The notes below the pieces were generated by a model. That model was not told where the DNA came from and did no database searches. It saw only the letters and a program-made list of their open reading frames with translations. Shown here one piece after another: positions 25,066 to 36,640 of a stretch of 64,000 nt of DNA. The position numbers were made by a program, and so were the translations under genes. Position 1 is the stretch's first letter, and every line of letters starts with the position of its first letter. Source of the DNA: Euprymna scolopes (lineage: Eukaryota); NCBI GenBank assembly GCA_053919585.1, contig CM132790.1. The stretch is one strand, 5' to 3'.

Positions 25066-25370
25066 GTGTGCTATAACGTTTTTATCTCAAATTCTGCAAA
25101 ATCATGCAGAATCTATAAACTACGTCAGTCTACTATTGAAATTAAAATAATGTTTGAACAAGAAACCATAAAAAAGTAATAATTAATTAATTAACGAGTG
25201 TTTTTCAAAAGAATGTGCGAATTAGTTAACCTTCATATAATGGCTCGCATATCCATAAGTGAGTATATTAAGAAGTTCGTTTTAATAATTTCTAAATAAA
25301 TTAGACTTTCAATATTAATGTCAGAGGGAGAAATTTATAGGTATATGGATAGATGCACAGTAATCTATAT
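24440..25370 (+). mobile_element. Helentron-like (HINE) non-autonomous repeats with internal (TA)n
   Basis: tatatcaaatttcaactctgtagaccaaatattcagagaggagtttggtagagacttttc and the downstream block are near-identical to 49970-50430; repeated aatacccc.tatgt.aaat subunits. Confidence 0.65.
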
Positions 25371-25483
25371 AGTAATAATACGTAGTAATAAATACTGATA
25401 TTTGCATCTAGAAATAAAATGAGATTTAAGGCTCTTAAAATTTGTACTAGAATTGTCCGCAAGCGTCTGTAGTGCAGTGGTTG

Positions 25484-26388
25484 TGTTATATATAGCTTTT
25501 CTTATTAATAGTGAGAGTCTTATTAGAAGCACAGTCTTAGAGTCTTATTGAGTGCTTGTCGTTGAGAGAGAGATGTTGTTGAGAGATTGTTCGTTTTATA
25601 AAGATATTCATATATATTAAAATTCATACTTAAAAGTGTAGATATGAGATGTAGAGTTAACATTGTAGATATGAGATGTGTATGTCAAGACATTTTATAA
25701 CACAGATATATAGACAGATAACAATTTTCACTTTACCTTTCGGTAGAATCACAACACAAAGACGACGTTTATACAAACATATGATGGGTTTATTTCTTCT
25801 CACGACCGGCCGTGGTTTTCTCATCAAGAATTCAAAGCTTCACATATTAAGTTTCAAAGTGACCGTCTCGCTTCTAGACGTTTGAATTCCAAACTGCAGA
25901 CTATCGTCTGTCGTTCTCAAACTCCCTCTGACTCTCCCCCAGTTTCTCCCAAGTTTCTAACTATCTCTAGAACTTTCTATTTTCCATGACGTCATACACA
26001 TGTTAAAACATGTGTCTTCTTTCACGTGTTCTGGACATGCGTGTCCAAAACTTTTCCTTTTTTTACAAAAGGAATTTTAACCTATATTCTCAGTAACCTA
26101 TATTTCCAATATGTTAAAAACATGTTTATTAAATTATCTTGTAGCTGCATTCTTTCAATTGAATTTTCATAACAAAATTGACAGTGCACATTCTTTTCTT
26201 GAAACTATTTTATCTCTAAGCTAAACAATCGTTTGTTTTGCATTCCATTTTCTAATTCTCACACATAATCTATTTCTAAACCTAAATTACGAGGTTCGAA
26301 TTTCGTCTATGCTATTTCATTTTCATTTTAATTAAATCTCTCTATTTTTATACTTACATGAAAAGGGGACAGCCCTTATCATGTAACA
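25484..26388. repeat. Solo-LTR-like repeat (~900 bp) with 4-bp TSD
   Basis: TGTTA...TAACA termini; GTTG duplicated at 25480-83 and 26389-92; homologous to 38021-38886 and 28666-29455. Confidence 0.75.
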
Positions 26389-26429
26389 GTTGGAGTACTT
26401 TGAATAAAATAATTGTGAAGTGATATTTT

Positions 26430-26721
26430 CATGAGGATTGAAGGGTACAATTCTTGGCGTGGGCGATCGAAAAATACAATTGCAAATTGTTAAGAACCTT
26501 ATTCAGTAATGTCTGACGAGACAAGTGCATGCTACCTTCATGAAGTATATAAAGAATTATGTACGAAATTGCGTGAAGATTCCCAAGTTCTACGGAAATA
26601 TTCCCGAGTTTGACAAAATACACTTAAAGAAGGTCGTAGGTTACATCGACTGAAACATTTTGAAAATCACACTCAAGATGAAAACATTAGTCCGAATAAT
26701 ACGAATAACTATTCTCCATCT
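26430..26721 (+). mobile_element. Non-autonomous Penelope-like repeat (copy 4)
   Basis: atgaggattga start, ..ccatcta end; aaatacac-ttaaagaa-ggtcg-taggttacat-cgact-GAAAC-attttg at ~26616-26662. Confidence 0.65.
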
Positions 26722-26849
26722 AAAAAAAAATTTAGAAAGTTGTTTGATTTGTGTTTTAAGGCAGATCTTTTGTGTTTTTTCTAAACTCTAAAATATAACA
26801 AATTTAATGAAGAATTCTCTAATTTATTTGTATTACAGCATGTCAACAC

Positions 26850-27390
26850 TTTTTTTTACAAAGGAGCCATCACTTATCAAGGCCCGGATGCTACTCGAGG
26901 ATAAGGGTTAATGAGTCTACAGTGGTCAAGGGGAACGTGTCAGTCATCGTTAGTAGTAGAACTTTGGTAAATTGGATTACTTAAGGGGATGGCTCATCAA
27001 GAATTTGTTCACGTTGGACTTGAAGACAACTATATTGTAGTCAGTTGGAAAACAGGCAAACTGAACACAATTCCACAGGCGTGCAGTTCTAAGAAAGAAG
27101 CTTTGTTCATGGAATCTGCGTTTAGGTTTAGGCACAGATACAGAGTGGGGGAAATTATTGATAATGATTCCAGCTAGACGAGGGTTTTTTGTGAAAGTCA
27201 GGCCAGGGGGAACCATAGATTGGAGCTCAGACGAGCACTTGCCATGAAAACAGCGATAAAGCAGAGACAGGCTCGCGACGTCTCTTCTGTGGGAAAGGGG
27301 ATGCAGGGATGAGAAAAAGGCATCCCTCACTAGGTTACAAAGTCTATTCTGAACTCTGTCAAGACAGGATAAGCTGCTTCTAGCAGCTCT
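26850..27390 (-). mobile_element. LINE family A 3' fragment
   Basis: LSHRRDVASLSLLYRCFHGKCSSEL..FKSNVNKFLMSHPLK*, highly similar to 61700-62200. Confidence 0.93.
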
Positions 27391-27439
27391 TGGAGGTTAT
27401 TTAATTTCGAAACATCATATCTATTGGAAATGATTCAGT

Positions 27440-28450
27440 GTGTGAGTTATTTTCCATTTTATAGTTGTTGGAGGTTATTTAATTCCGATGACATACCTAT
27501 TAGAAATTATTATTTAGAATTTGTTGAAACGATTTTGATACCTATATTTTAGCACAGGCGGATGTGCAGGTTCATATGTAATACACTACTAGATTCTAAA
27601 AGATTCAAACACAGCATAGCTGATTCCTTAGTCCGAGACGATATTTTACTGCATTGATAGCTTTATTATTATAATACCTGCATATACGACAAAATTACGC
27701 TGACAAACGGTTCACGTTAGATTACCAAAATTACGTATCGTTGAACCTGGTCGGTACTTAATAGATGATCATTTGGGTATACCAGGTGCTGTATGTGCTC
27801 TCTGCTGATCTCGGCAATGTTTCCAATCGCCCTGGACTTTTTCTTGTCACTGGAATCAGGCACTGCCAACTCAAGAGAAGTGTGGTTGGGATTTGCGCAA
27901 TCCTTGCTTTCCAATTACACGCACAGGCACTTTTACATGGGGTTTTCATTGTCTCTCGAGACATAACAGAGGCCATTTGTTATAAGACTATTACTCTTAC
28001 AACAATATACTAACTAAACAATATCTAGTAAGTGGGGCGAAATCCTAATTATTCTCAGATTAGTCAGCCTTGGTGAATAAGCTCACCTTATCAAAACTTT
28101 AAGCAATTAAAGTGGCAGCCGAGTGGATCAATTATTCTTATTATCATCGAACTGCGAAAGTAATTAACACAGTTCTCAGCTTCAATTGGAAATATCTACA
28201 TTGGATGACGATTATTGATATTATAATTTTCCTGTTAAGCAAAGTAAATGACGATTGTTTTAGCCCTAGAAATTAGCAATCATTTTCTTTGACTTCTCTA
28301 AACATGCGCTGCCGGAAGTGAAAAAGTAGCCATGTTGATAATGATCAAAATAAACAACCTGTTCAGTTTATTTTTTATATATGTGTTTGTTTATTTTATA
28401 TATATTTCTATATCATTCATATTTCTCAGGAAGATATGAAAGTGATGTCG
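27440..28450 (+). repeat. Unclassified non-coding interspersed repeat (copy 1 of 3)
   Basis: ttggtgaataagctca.cttatcaaaactttaagcaatt..tggaaatatctaca.tggat shared with 29905-30330 and 34110-34850. Confidence 0.75.
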
Positions 28451-28665
28451 ACACTTATATTGCCCTACCACAACAAATGCAATAATGGCGGTACATAAAT
28501 ACAAAATCTAACAACAATTATTTTTTTTCTTTCTTTTCAGAATCACGCATCGCGTAGACGACAATGAATAGAGTTTCGCATGAAACGTATTACCGGAGAA
28601 GATTCGATGTTGTGTGTATAATTTTGAGAACCTACTACTGAATAGCGGCATACCAAACCGATGTC

Positions 28666-29455
28666 TGTTGTGTAGAGAGGTTTCCATAACGCGGACGAGA
28701 CATATAATGGGGACGAGATGTCGTTTATATAACGAGTTACACGGTGACGACGATGACATAATATGAGTTACACAGTTCATATTTATAATATAATATAAAT
28801 GAAGTGATGTGTAATAGACAGTTCTTTTAAACACAGATGGGAGATACATTATTGATGGGTACAGACAGTGAACACTTAGGTAGGGGATTATTATTAAGTT
28901 AAGACAAAGACACATTACCTTGCGGTAAAAATGACGACGAAGACAAAAGCTTACAAATAACATGAACACATTTATTCAAGCCGGTGATGAGAATGATCAG
29001 GTATTCGATGCCGCGTTAGGTTATTACGTTTTGTTCTCCCCTCTCTGCTTCGCTTCCGAAAGCTTAGCCTTACTCTCCTCCGATGACTCCTTTCTCCAAC
29101 TACACTCTGAACTCTTCTCATTGAAACTAACTTCGAACCCTAACTTAACTGAATATATTAAATCTACCTTTCTTTGTGACGTTAGAACATGCTCAAACAT
29201 GTGAGTGTTTTTCACGTGGATTTTGCATATTACATTCCTTAATTTACATTGTTCGATTCTACCTATCTGGCCTTACTGGTTTTTTAGTTATTTCTAATAT
29301 CATAGAAAATTCTTCACCTTCCTAGAATTGCCTCTAAATAGCAATATGTATTCTTTTTAACTTTTGATCACTGAGTTCGATTCTAGCATTCTCTTTTAGT
29401 AAATATTATTTTCGTGTGTCTAATTATCGGGAGCTGTCTCCTTCCATATACAACA
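28666..29455. repeat. Solo-LTR-like repeat (~790 bp)
   Basis: Terminal IR tgttgtgtagagagg / ccttccatatacaaca; shares the tgacgt..acatg..aaacatgtg..ttcacgtg block with 25987-26027. Confidence 0.6.
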
Positions 29456-29547
29456 CTACTGTAACATTACTCAACATGTTGTAGCTTCAGTCGCAAGTAT
29501 ACAGAATAAAACTTCAATTCATTTTTGTTGTTGTTGTTGTTGTTTTT

Positions 29548-29767
29548 TGTTGTACAAGGACATTAATTTCCTTATTCTCCCGCTATGCGTGACTCGTTAC
29601 GGCTGTGACGTCTTCCACGTGATAGTCTTCTTGAACGTGCTCTCGAACGTCATCCACGTCTTTAACGTGATCTCGTCTTTTATAGTCTTCTTTTTTCTTA
29701 CCGTTACGTCATTTCGCTCACGACTTCGGTATTTGCATATAGACGTCGACGCTATGTTACACTACAT
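29548..29767. repeat. Short solo-LTR-like, ACGT/CpG-rich segment
   Basis: TGTTGT...ACTACA termini, 220 bp, sharply different composition. Confidence 0.45.
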
Positions 29768-29904
29768 TTAAGTAAGTAATAGAGAAGGAATTAGCACTAG
29801 TTTGGAACATTTAAATAAGAAACTGCATTCAGAAATAATGGTAAGTAATAAAGTTACACGAGAATTGTACAAGAACGACATCCATATTAACGAATATCCA
29901 GTAA

Positions 29905-30330
29905 ATGAGGCGGAACCCCAATTAATCTCGAATAAATGTATCGCCAATAGGCGTTGGTGAATAAGCTCATCTTATCAAAACTTTAAGCAATTACAGTAGC
30001 AACTGATTAGAATGATTATTCTTATTATCATTGAACTGCGAAAGCAATTAACACAGTTGTCAGCTTCAACTGGAAATATCTACATTGGATAATGATCATC
30101 GATATTATAATTATAGCAACAAGTCTTTCTCAGTTAGACAAAGTAAATGACGATTGTTTCAATCATAGAAATTAGCTTATTTCAATTGACGTCTCGGGGA
30201 ATGCGCGAATGAAAGTGGAAGAGAGTTCTTGTTATTTTATTCATAATAAGTTGTGTTCAGTCTTTTAATTAGTTTTTGTTTTTTACGCACCAATCATATT
30301 TCTCACATAGGCATTAAAGATGTGTTGAGT
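29905..30330 (+). repeat. Unclassified repeat (copy 2)
   Basis: Aligns to 28030-28440. Confidence 0.75.
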
Positions 30331-30339
30331 CCATAATTA

Positions 30340-31608
30340 ACCAACCTCTAGTCGCTCACCTTACAGCTTCTAAACTTCTGACTGACCAACAATATGGATT
30401 TAGACAAGCCCGTTCTACAGTAGATATCCTGACTGTAATCTCTGGACGTATGTACCATGCACTGCACAAAGCAGGTGAGTGTAGAGCGGTAGCACTAGAC
30501 TTTTAACGGAGTATGGCACGATTGTCTTCTCAGGAAAATCAGGTCATATGGTATCACTGGACGAATACTTAACATAATTAAATCTTTCTTAAATAAGAGA
30601 ATAATCCAGGTTGTCCTCGACAGTCGTACATCCAAACAATATGATATAAATGCGGGTGTACCTTAGGGGTCTATCTTTGGATCTTTGTTATTCCTAACAT
30701 TCATAAATGACCTCCCTGATAATATTGTTTCTGAGATGGGTATACTTGCTGATGACACTAAGCTCTATAACAGGCACGAGATGAAAACAAATGAACACAT
30801 ATCTAAGAAAATGGCAAAGACACTAGAGGGTGATCTCCAATCTATAGTGGAATGGGGACAAAAATGGATGGTCACATTCAATGTTGCCGAGACTAAGCTT
30901 GTTTCCTACAATAATTACAAGAAATCTTCTATGCCACAAATAGCTACCACTAAATGCATATTATCTGAACGTATTTCTTTCAAATTCCTTGACTTAATGT
31001 TCACAGGGAACATGAGCTGGAACAGATACATTGATAGGATTGCCAAGACTGCTGCGAAGAAGGTGGGTTCTCTCTTCACCGTGTTAAAAAGCTACTTACG
31101 CCTGAAAGTATCCTTTATCTCTACAAGGCCATCATGTATGGAGTACTATTGTCATATTTTGGTTGGTGGATTTGCTACTAGTCTCTCGCTCCTGGACAGC
31201 GTTCAAAAGAGAGTCACCAACCTGATAGGTGCTAAACTGTCATCAAAGCTTCAACCTCTGTCCCATCGAAGAAATGTTGCATCCCTCTGCCTGTTCTACA
31301 AGTATTTTAATGGTGAATGTTCCGACGAACTACAAGCCGTTGTACCTCTTCGACAAATACATCAAGCAGCAAAATCCCACCCCCACACAATAGAGATCCC
31401 TAGATGTAAGAAAGCTTTCTACTCTAACAGTTTCTTCTGCAAGAATTTGGAACTCTCTTCTGGGTTCCTGCTTTCCCAACTGAACTGACATGCAGAAGTT
31501 CAAGTGTAATGTGAACAGACATCTTGCTGCTAAACTCCCTGCATAATATCCCTTCAACTTATGCCCCCGATAGTTGTCCGCTACATCAGAGTGACCACTA
31601 TGTCTTGT
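30340..31608 (+). mobile_element. LINE family B, 5'-truncated RT/3' end
   Basis: LLTDQQYGFRQARST..GVP*GSIFG..FINDLP..ADD..MEYYCHI..LQPLSHRRNVASLCLFYKY; runs into a gap. Confidence 0.93.
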
Positions 31609-31740
31609 NNNNNNNNNNNNNNNNNNNNNNNNNNNNNNNNNNNNNNNNNNNNNNNNNNNNNNNNNNNNNNNNNNNNNNNNNNNNNNNNNNNNNNNNNNNN
31701 NNNNNNNNNNNNNNNNNNNNNNNNNNNNNNNNNNNNNNNN
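31609..31740. other. Assembly gap
   Basis: N run. Confidence 1.
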
Positions 31741-31956
31741 TGACTAAAGTAACAATAGCTGAATACTAAATCTAATATTAACTATATTTTACTTGAAATT
31801 ATTAACTGATCAAATTAGAATAGTGAAGAAAATTTTGATAATAAACTGCATTAAAATAATAGTAAAAATATTAACTTCAAAGCTTTATTGTATGGAATAT
31901 TTAATAGAATGTGATGTGCATAATTTTATTATATATCAGATAATATCTATATAAAG

Positions 31957-32011
<55 letters not shown>

Positions 32012-32019
<8 letters not shown>

Positions 32020-32576
32020 GTTTCAAAAGTATTATCCACGTTACAAGTTCTCATATCTGCTTAACTATGAATGATAGTAAGATCAAAGTGGTGCGATTTT
32101 AAGGCTAAACGCAAGTTTTTGGAAAGGCTATTGATTTTTTCAGTTATTTTCAAATCCAGTAATGAATTTCACTCAACCAGAAAAGTCGTTTTGTGTGCTT
32201 GAATTTGCAAAGACTGAATCATGGACACTGGGCATTTCGCAAAAAGTTTTTGTGGGGATTTGTGAAAGGACTTATTTATGGGTTTCCTCTTCTTAGAGAC
32301 GTGGATGAGCTGATGGCCCGAATAACAGAAGCTGTTGCAACCATTGACAACACAATGCTGGGACGCGTTTGGCAAGAATTGGACTACCGGTTAGATGTGT
32401 GTCCTGTGACTAATGGTGTTCACATTGAACATCTGTGAACATGCCATGAAAAACTTTAGATTACAAGCTTTCTGAATGCCGCGTTTTTATATTCTGAAAG
32501 ACGCGTTTTTATATTCTTTATATTTCTTGAGATATCCAATGTTAAAATGTGCACTAGACTTTTGAAATACTCTGTA
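32012..32576 (+). mobile_element. Tc1/mariner (rosa/DD41D-like) internally deleted element
   Basis: TIRs tagggtgtttcaaaagt / acttttgaaatactctgta. N-terminus EKSFCVLEFAKTES fused to C-terminus FLWGFVK..ELMARITEAVATID..RLDVC..NGVHIEHL*. Confidence 0.88.
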
Positions 32577-32698
32577 TATATGCACATTATTTATTTAACA
32601 ACTACACATCACACGTTTCAGACAGGTACTATGGTTTTATTGTAGTTGATAACCGTATTAAAGACATTTAAAAATAAAATTTAATGTGTGTACTCCTA

Positions 32699-32853
32699 NN
32701 NNNNNNNNNNNNNNNNNNNNNNNNNNNNNNNNNNNNNNNNNNNNNNNNNNNNNNNNNNNNNNNNNNNNNNNNNNNNNNNNNNNNNNNNNNNNNNNNNNNN
32801 NNNNNNNNNNNNNNNNNNNNNNNNNNNNNNNNNNNNNNNNNNNNNNNNNNNNN
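32699..32853. other. Assembly gap
   Basis: N run. Confidence 1.
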
Positions 32854-33264
32854 ATTTATTTATCTATCAAATTTCTTTTTACCCAACTTGATAAATAAAA
32901 TACAAATACGATGGTAATATTGTATTGCTTTATTATTTCCTCAAATAAATCTACTTGAAAAATTTTAAATAAAGTGGGAAATTAATAAAAAAAAATAATA
33001 AATTATTTTGTGCCTTTTACATTTTGCATAACTTTGGAATATTATGACTCAATTTTCATCATGTATGTGTATGTGTGTGTGCATGTATGTGTGTAGGTAA
33101 ATGCATGTGCATGTATGTGTGCATGTGCATATGTATATGTGTGTATGTGTAGGTGGATGTGTATGCATGTATGTATTTGCTTATGTGTGTATGTGTGTAT
33201 ATGTGTGTATGTGCGTAGGTGTATTATGTATGTATGTATGCATGTATGTATGTATGTATGTATG

Positions 33265-33840
33265 TAGTCAGGTCATGTCATATGCTACTGGTACCATGTA
33301 ACTACCTGCCTCGTGGTCGGGTCACCAGCCCAGCGACTAAACTGGTCCTCCCACCAGACGTGTTTGGTGAGGAGGGTGGCTAGTCTCCCTGAAGGATTAA
33401 AAACAGGACCTTCTAAAGGGCAAAGGGCAAATGAACCCTTTTTCGGGGTCAACGGCCAAATAGCACCGTGTGTGTTTGTGTGTATGTATATGTGTGTTGG
33501 GGTGGAGAGGGCTCCCATAAGCCGTGATGGAGGCAATCTTTCTAGGAGAAGCAAATCTCTGATTTAAAAAAACACAAAGCGGGAGACCAGTACTCGGATT
33601 AAGCTAGTCTGCAGTTTAACTTGTTGCTGGATATCTTGCTCTTGCTTGTTGCTGGATCTCAACATTTTGAACCGAGAGAGACTTAGCTGTCGTACAAAGC
33701 TAAGACTCTGTAACATCATCTGTGTATAGATACTCCCTCAGGCATTTGTCTATAAAAATGGTCCTGTGGCGATGGAAGTCATGGACTTTAAGTGTCTGAG
33801 GGAGTGGCACTCGCCTGACAAGACGTTGCAATCATCATTA
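33265..33840 (+). mobile_element. Non-autonomous retroelement derived from a LINE 5' UTR (RTE/CR1-type leader)
   Basis: GC-richer island inside a (TATG)n tract; contains ggcaa.c..tctaggagaag.aaa.ctctgat, also present in the family B leader (45547-45580 minus); ends (atc)n-like. Confidence 0.6.
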
Positions 33841-34109
33841 TGTATGTATTTATGTATATATGTATGTGTGTGTAGTTGTATGGGTGTACATGATTAAATT
33901 CATTACTCGATTATTATCATGAATTTTTTATTATACATTTTCTGGTACATAGATGTCTTTTTTGTAATTTTTTATAGCATATACTCTGTGTTTTTTAATC
34001 TCGATACACTATAGTTCTAGTTTGGCTATTTTATTCTACGACATACTTACCCTTTTTGTGTTATTTAATACTGAAATACAAAACACTATAGGAAACGATA
34101 CAGTAAGTG

Positions 34110-34850
34110 GGTGCGATTTTCTATTTTATGGCATATCAATTCTTTTGAGCGTTATTTAATTCCAAAACAACACCTATTGGGAATTATTAATTATTTACGA
34201 TTATTTAAAACTAGACTGATATAATATATATTATTCTGGTGCAGATTCATGGCTTGTCTAGTAACCGATTTCCAAAGAAATCGAACTCGGGACGGTATTT
34301 TAATGCTATGTCGCCACATTACGTTGGTAACATCATTAGTATAACACCATTATAATATCTACAACAGCAAACACAATAACATTTCTAGGTATGACGCAAC
34401 CTTAATTTATTATTTGTCTTGTTGAATAAGTTTACCATATCAAAATCTTAAGCAGTTAGAATATTAATTGCTTGGAAGAGGGGTCCTTATTATCTTCCGA
34501 AGGCAATTAGCACAATTTTCTGAAAAGTAACACTGACGATGGAAATATCTACAGTAGATGACGATTATCGACATTACAATTATAGTAGCAAATCATTTTT
34601 CTCTTATATAAGCAAAACAAATTACGACTTACATCCATAGAATATAGCAAACCTTGATGTTTATGAGCATGTGCGGACAGAAGTTGAAGAGCGACCATCT
34701 TGATTTTGCTTTTAATATACTGCGTGTTAACCTTTTTGTTCAATTTATAATTGTGTTTCATTTATATTTCTCACGAAAGCATAAAAATGATGTTGATGCT
34801 AGTATTGTGCTACAAAATAAATGCGATGGTGAAAATACAATTATATGAAT
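34110..34850 (+). repeat. Unclassified repeat (copy 3)
   Basis: Aligns to 27440-27580 and 28030-28450. Confidence 0.65.
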
Positions 34851-34934
34851 ACTAATTTCGATATTAACTATATTTTTACTAATAGGGAACGAATTAATTA
34901 ATATCCTCCACTCAATAATAAATATATATATATA

Positions 34935-35501
34935 TATCAAGTTGTTGCATAAGTTCCCGCCGTTTCATAAAAAATTGTTTTAAAACATGATATTTGACAA
35001 AGAGTTATATGTTATTAGAAAGCACGTATTCTGTTCTACAAGATAATGATCATCGTTTTTCTCGTTTTTCCGAACCATCAAATAGATTGTCAAGTAGATA
35101 AAAAAAATCACATTTCCTACACCTCTATCTTTTAGCCGTTAATTGAGGTCAAAAATCGGGTGAAGTGAACAATAATATTTGTGTCGTATATGGAGAAAAC
35201 GCTATAGCTGAGTGAACTGTTCGAGATTGGTTTCCCAGATTCAAACACAATAAATCGGAAGACCAATCAAGATAGACGAAGAACAACTCATGGTTCTTTT
35301 GAAGGAAGACGGCCATCAGACATGCAGAGAATTGGGTAAAAAGATGAATTGTGTGAGTTTGCGACAATTTCACGTCATCTTCAGTCGATGGGATTCACAC
35401 AAAAACTTAGAGCTTGAGTCCCACACGAATTTACTTTTGTGGTTAAAATTCTTTGATTTTCTCATAAAAAAAACGGAGGGTACTTACGCAACAACCTGAT
35501 A
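34935..35501 (+). mobile_element. Mariner-derived MITE
   Basis: TIRs tatcaagttgttgcataagttcccgccgttt / aaacggagggtacttacgcaacaacctgata; transposase N-term remnant ICVVYGENAIAE*TVRDWF.RFK. Confidence 0.85.
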
Positions 35502-35633
35502 TATTTCAATAAAAGCAGTCACATTCTTAGATGTCTTTAAAAGTGGTATAAATAATTAATGTATTTAATAAAATGTGATTTACTAATGAGAAAAACACTT
35601 CTGTAAGCATGTTACTGAGCACACACACACACA

Positions 35634-35678
<45 letters not shown>

Positions 35679-36640
35679 TTATGTAAATAACCTAAAATAT
35701 GTTTTATTAATTATCCCTGATGAAGGGTCCTGAAGTACTCAGGTTAAAAGTGACTATGATTGCTACAGAAGAAATCCTTACCATAATAAAAAAGAAGAAA
35801 ATTAGAAAAGAAAATTACCCAAAATAAATAATGCTGCTTAAACATATATACATACACACACATACACACACATACACACACACACACATGCACACGACAA
35901 AGTACCGTAGGTTTGCAACAACAGATGTCACATACAAATTTATTATGTCTAGGCTATCAACCCTATCTTATGTAACTTTAGAACACCATTTTATATACAG
36001 TTAGTCGTTACAATAAAGTCTTACATTTCCCAATAGCACCAACATCATCACAATCGCAAACATCTTTAGAGGAAGTAGTTCGTATTTTTCCCTCTAAACA
36101 ACAAGTCCTCCTACCGCCCCCAGTAATCACTGAGAGGATTTCTACACTTTCGGCATATATAGGGTTCCACTCTTACCAACTAGGTCATATACTTATAGAC
36201 ATAACATAATCTTTCCATTTCCCAATTCAAAAATAATAAATTCTCCCTTCTTACATTCCGCCAAATCTCATTGGCTAAGAGCTAACAATTCGTTCATTCC
36301 ATAATTTAAATTTTATTACAAAAGTGAACGCCCCAGAAATTTTAAATATGGCGTCACTCCCTACAAGAGGCAATCTTTTTAAATAAAATAAACCAAATAC
36401 AAACATAATAACCAACTGCAACACATGGAGACATGTTAATAAGCCAAGCATTCTTTGATTTTTACATTAAATATACCGTAGATGTTATCCCACCGTGGTA
36501 AATCTTTTGTGTTTACATAAATCATACATTTTGTTAATAAATACTCTTTTTCGACACATCGGCACGTGTTTATAAGTTATTATTTCTTCTTTTTTTCTGC
36601 TACCCTGCTAAATCGTTAGTGTTTACATAAATCGTACATG

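Noticed and set aside
27717-28013. Overlapping short ORFs in a GC-richer patch as a host exon
   Set aside because: No convincing splice sites or family motif; at best a faint mariner-like stretch (IAEISREHIQHL) inside a repeat.
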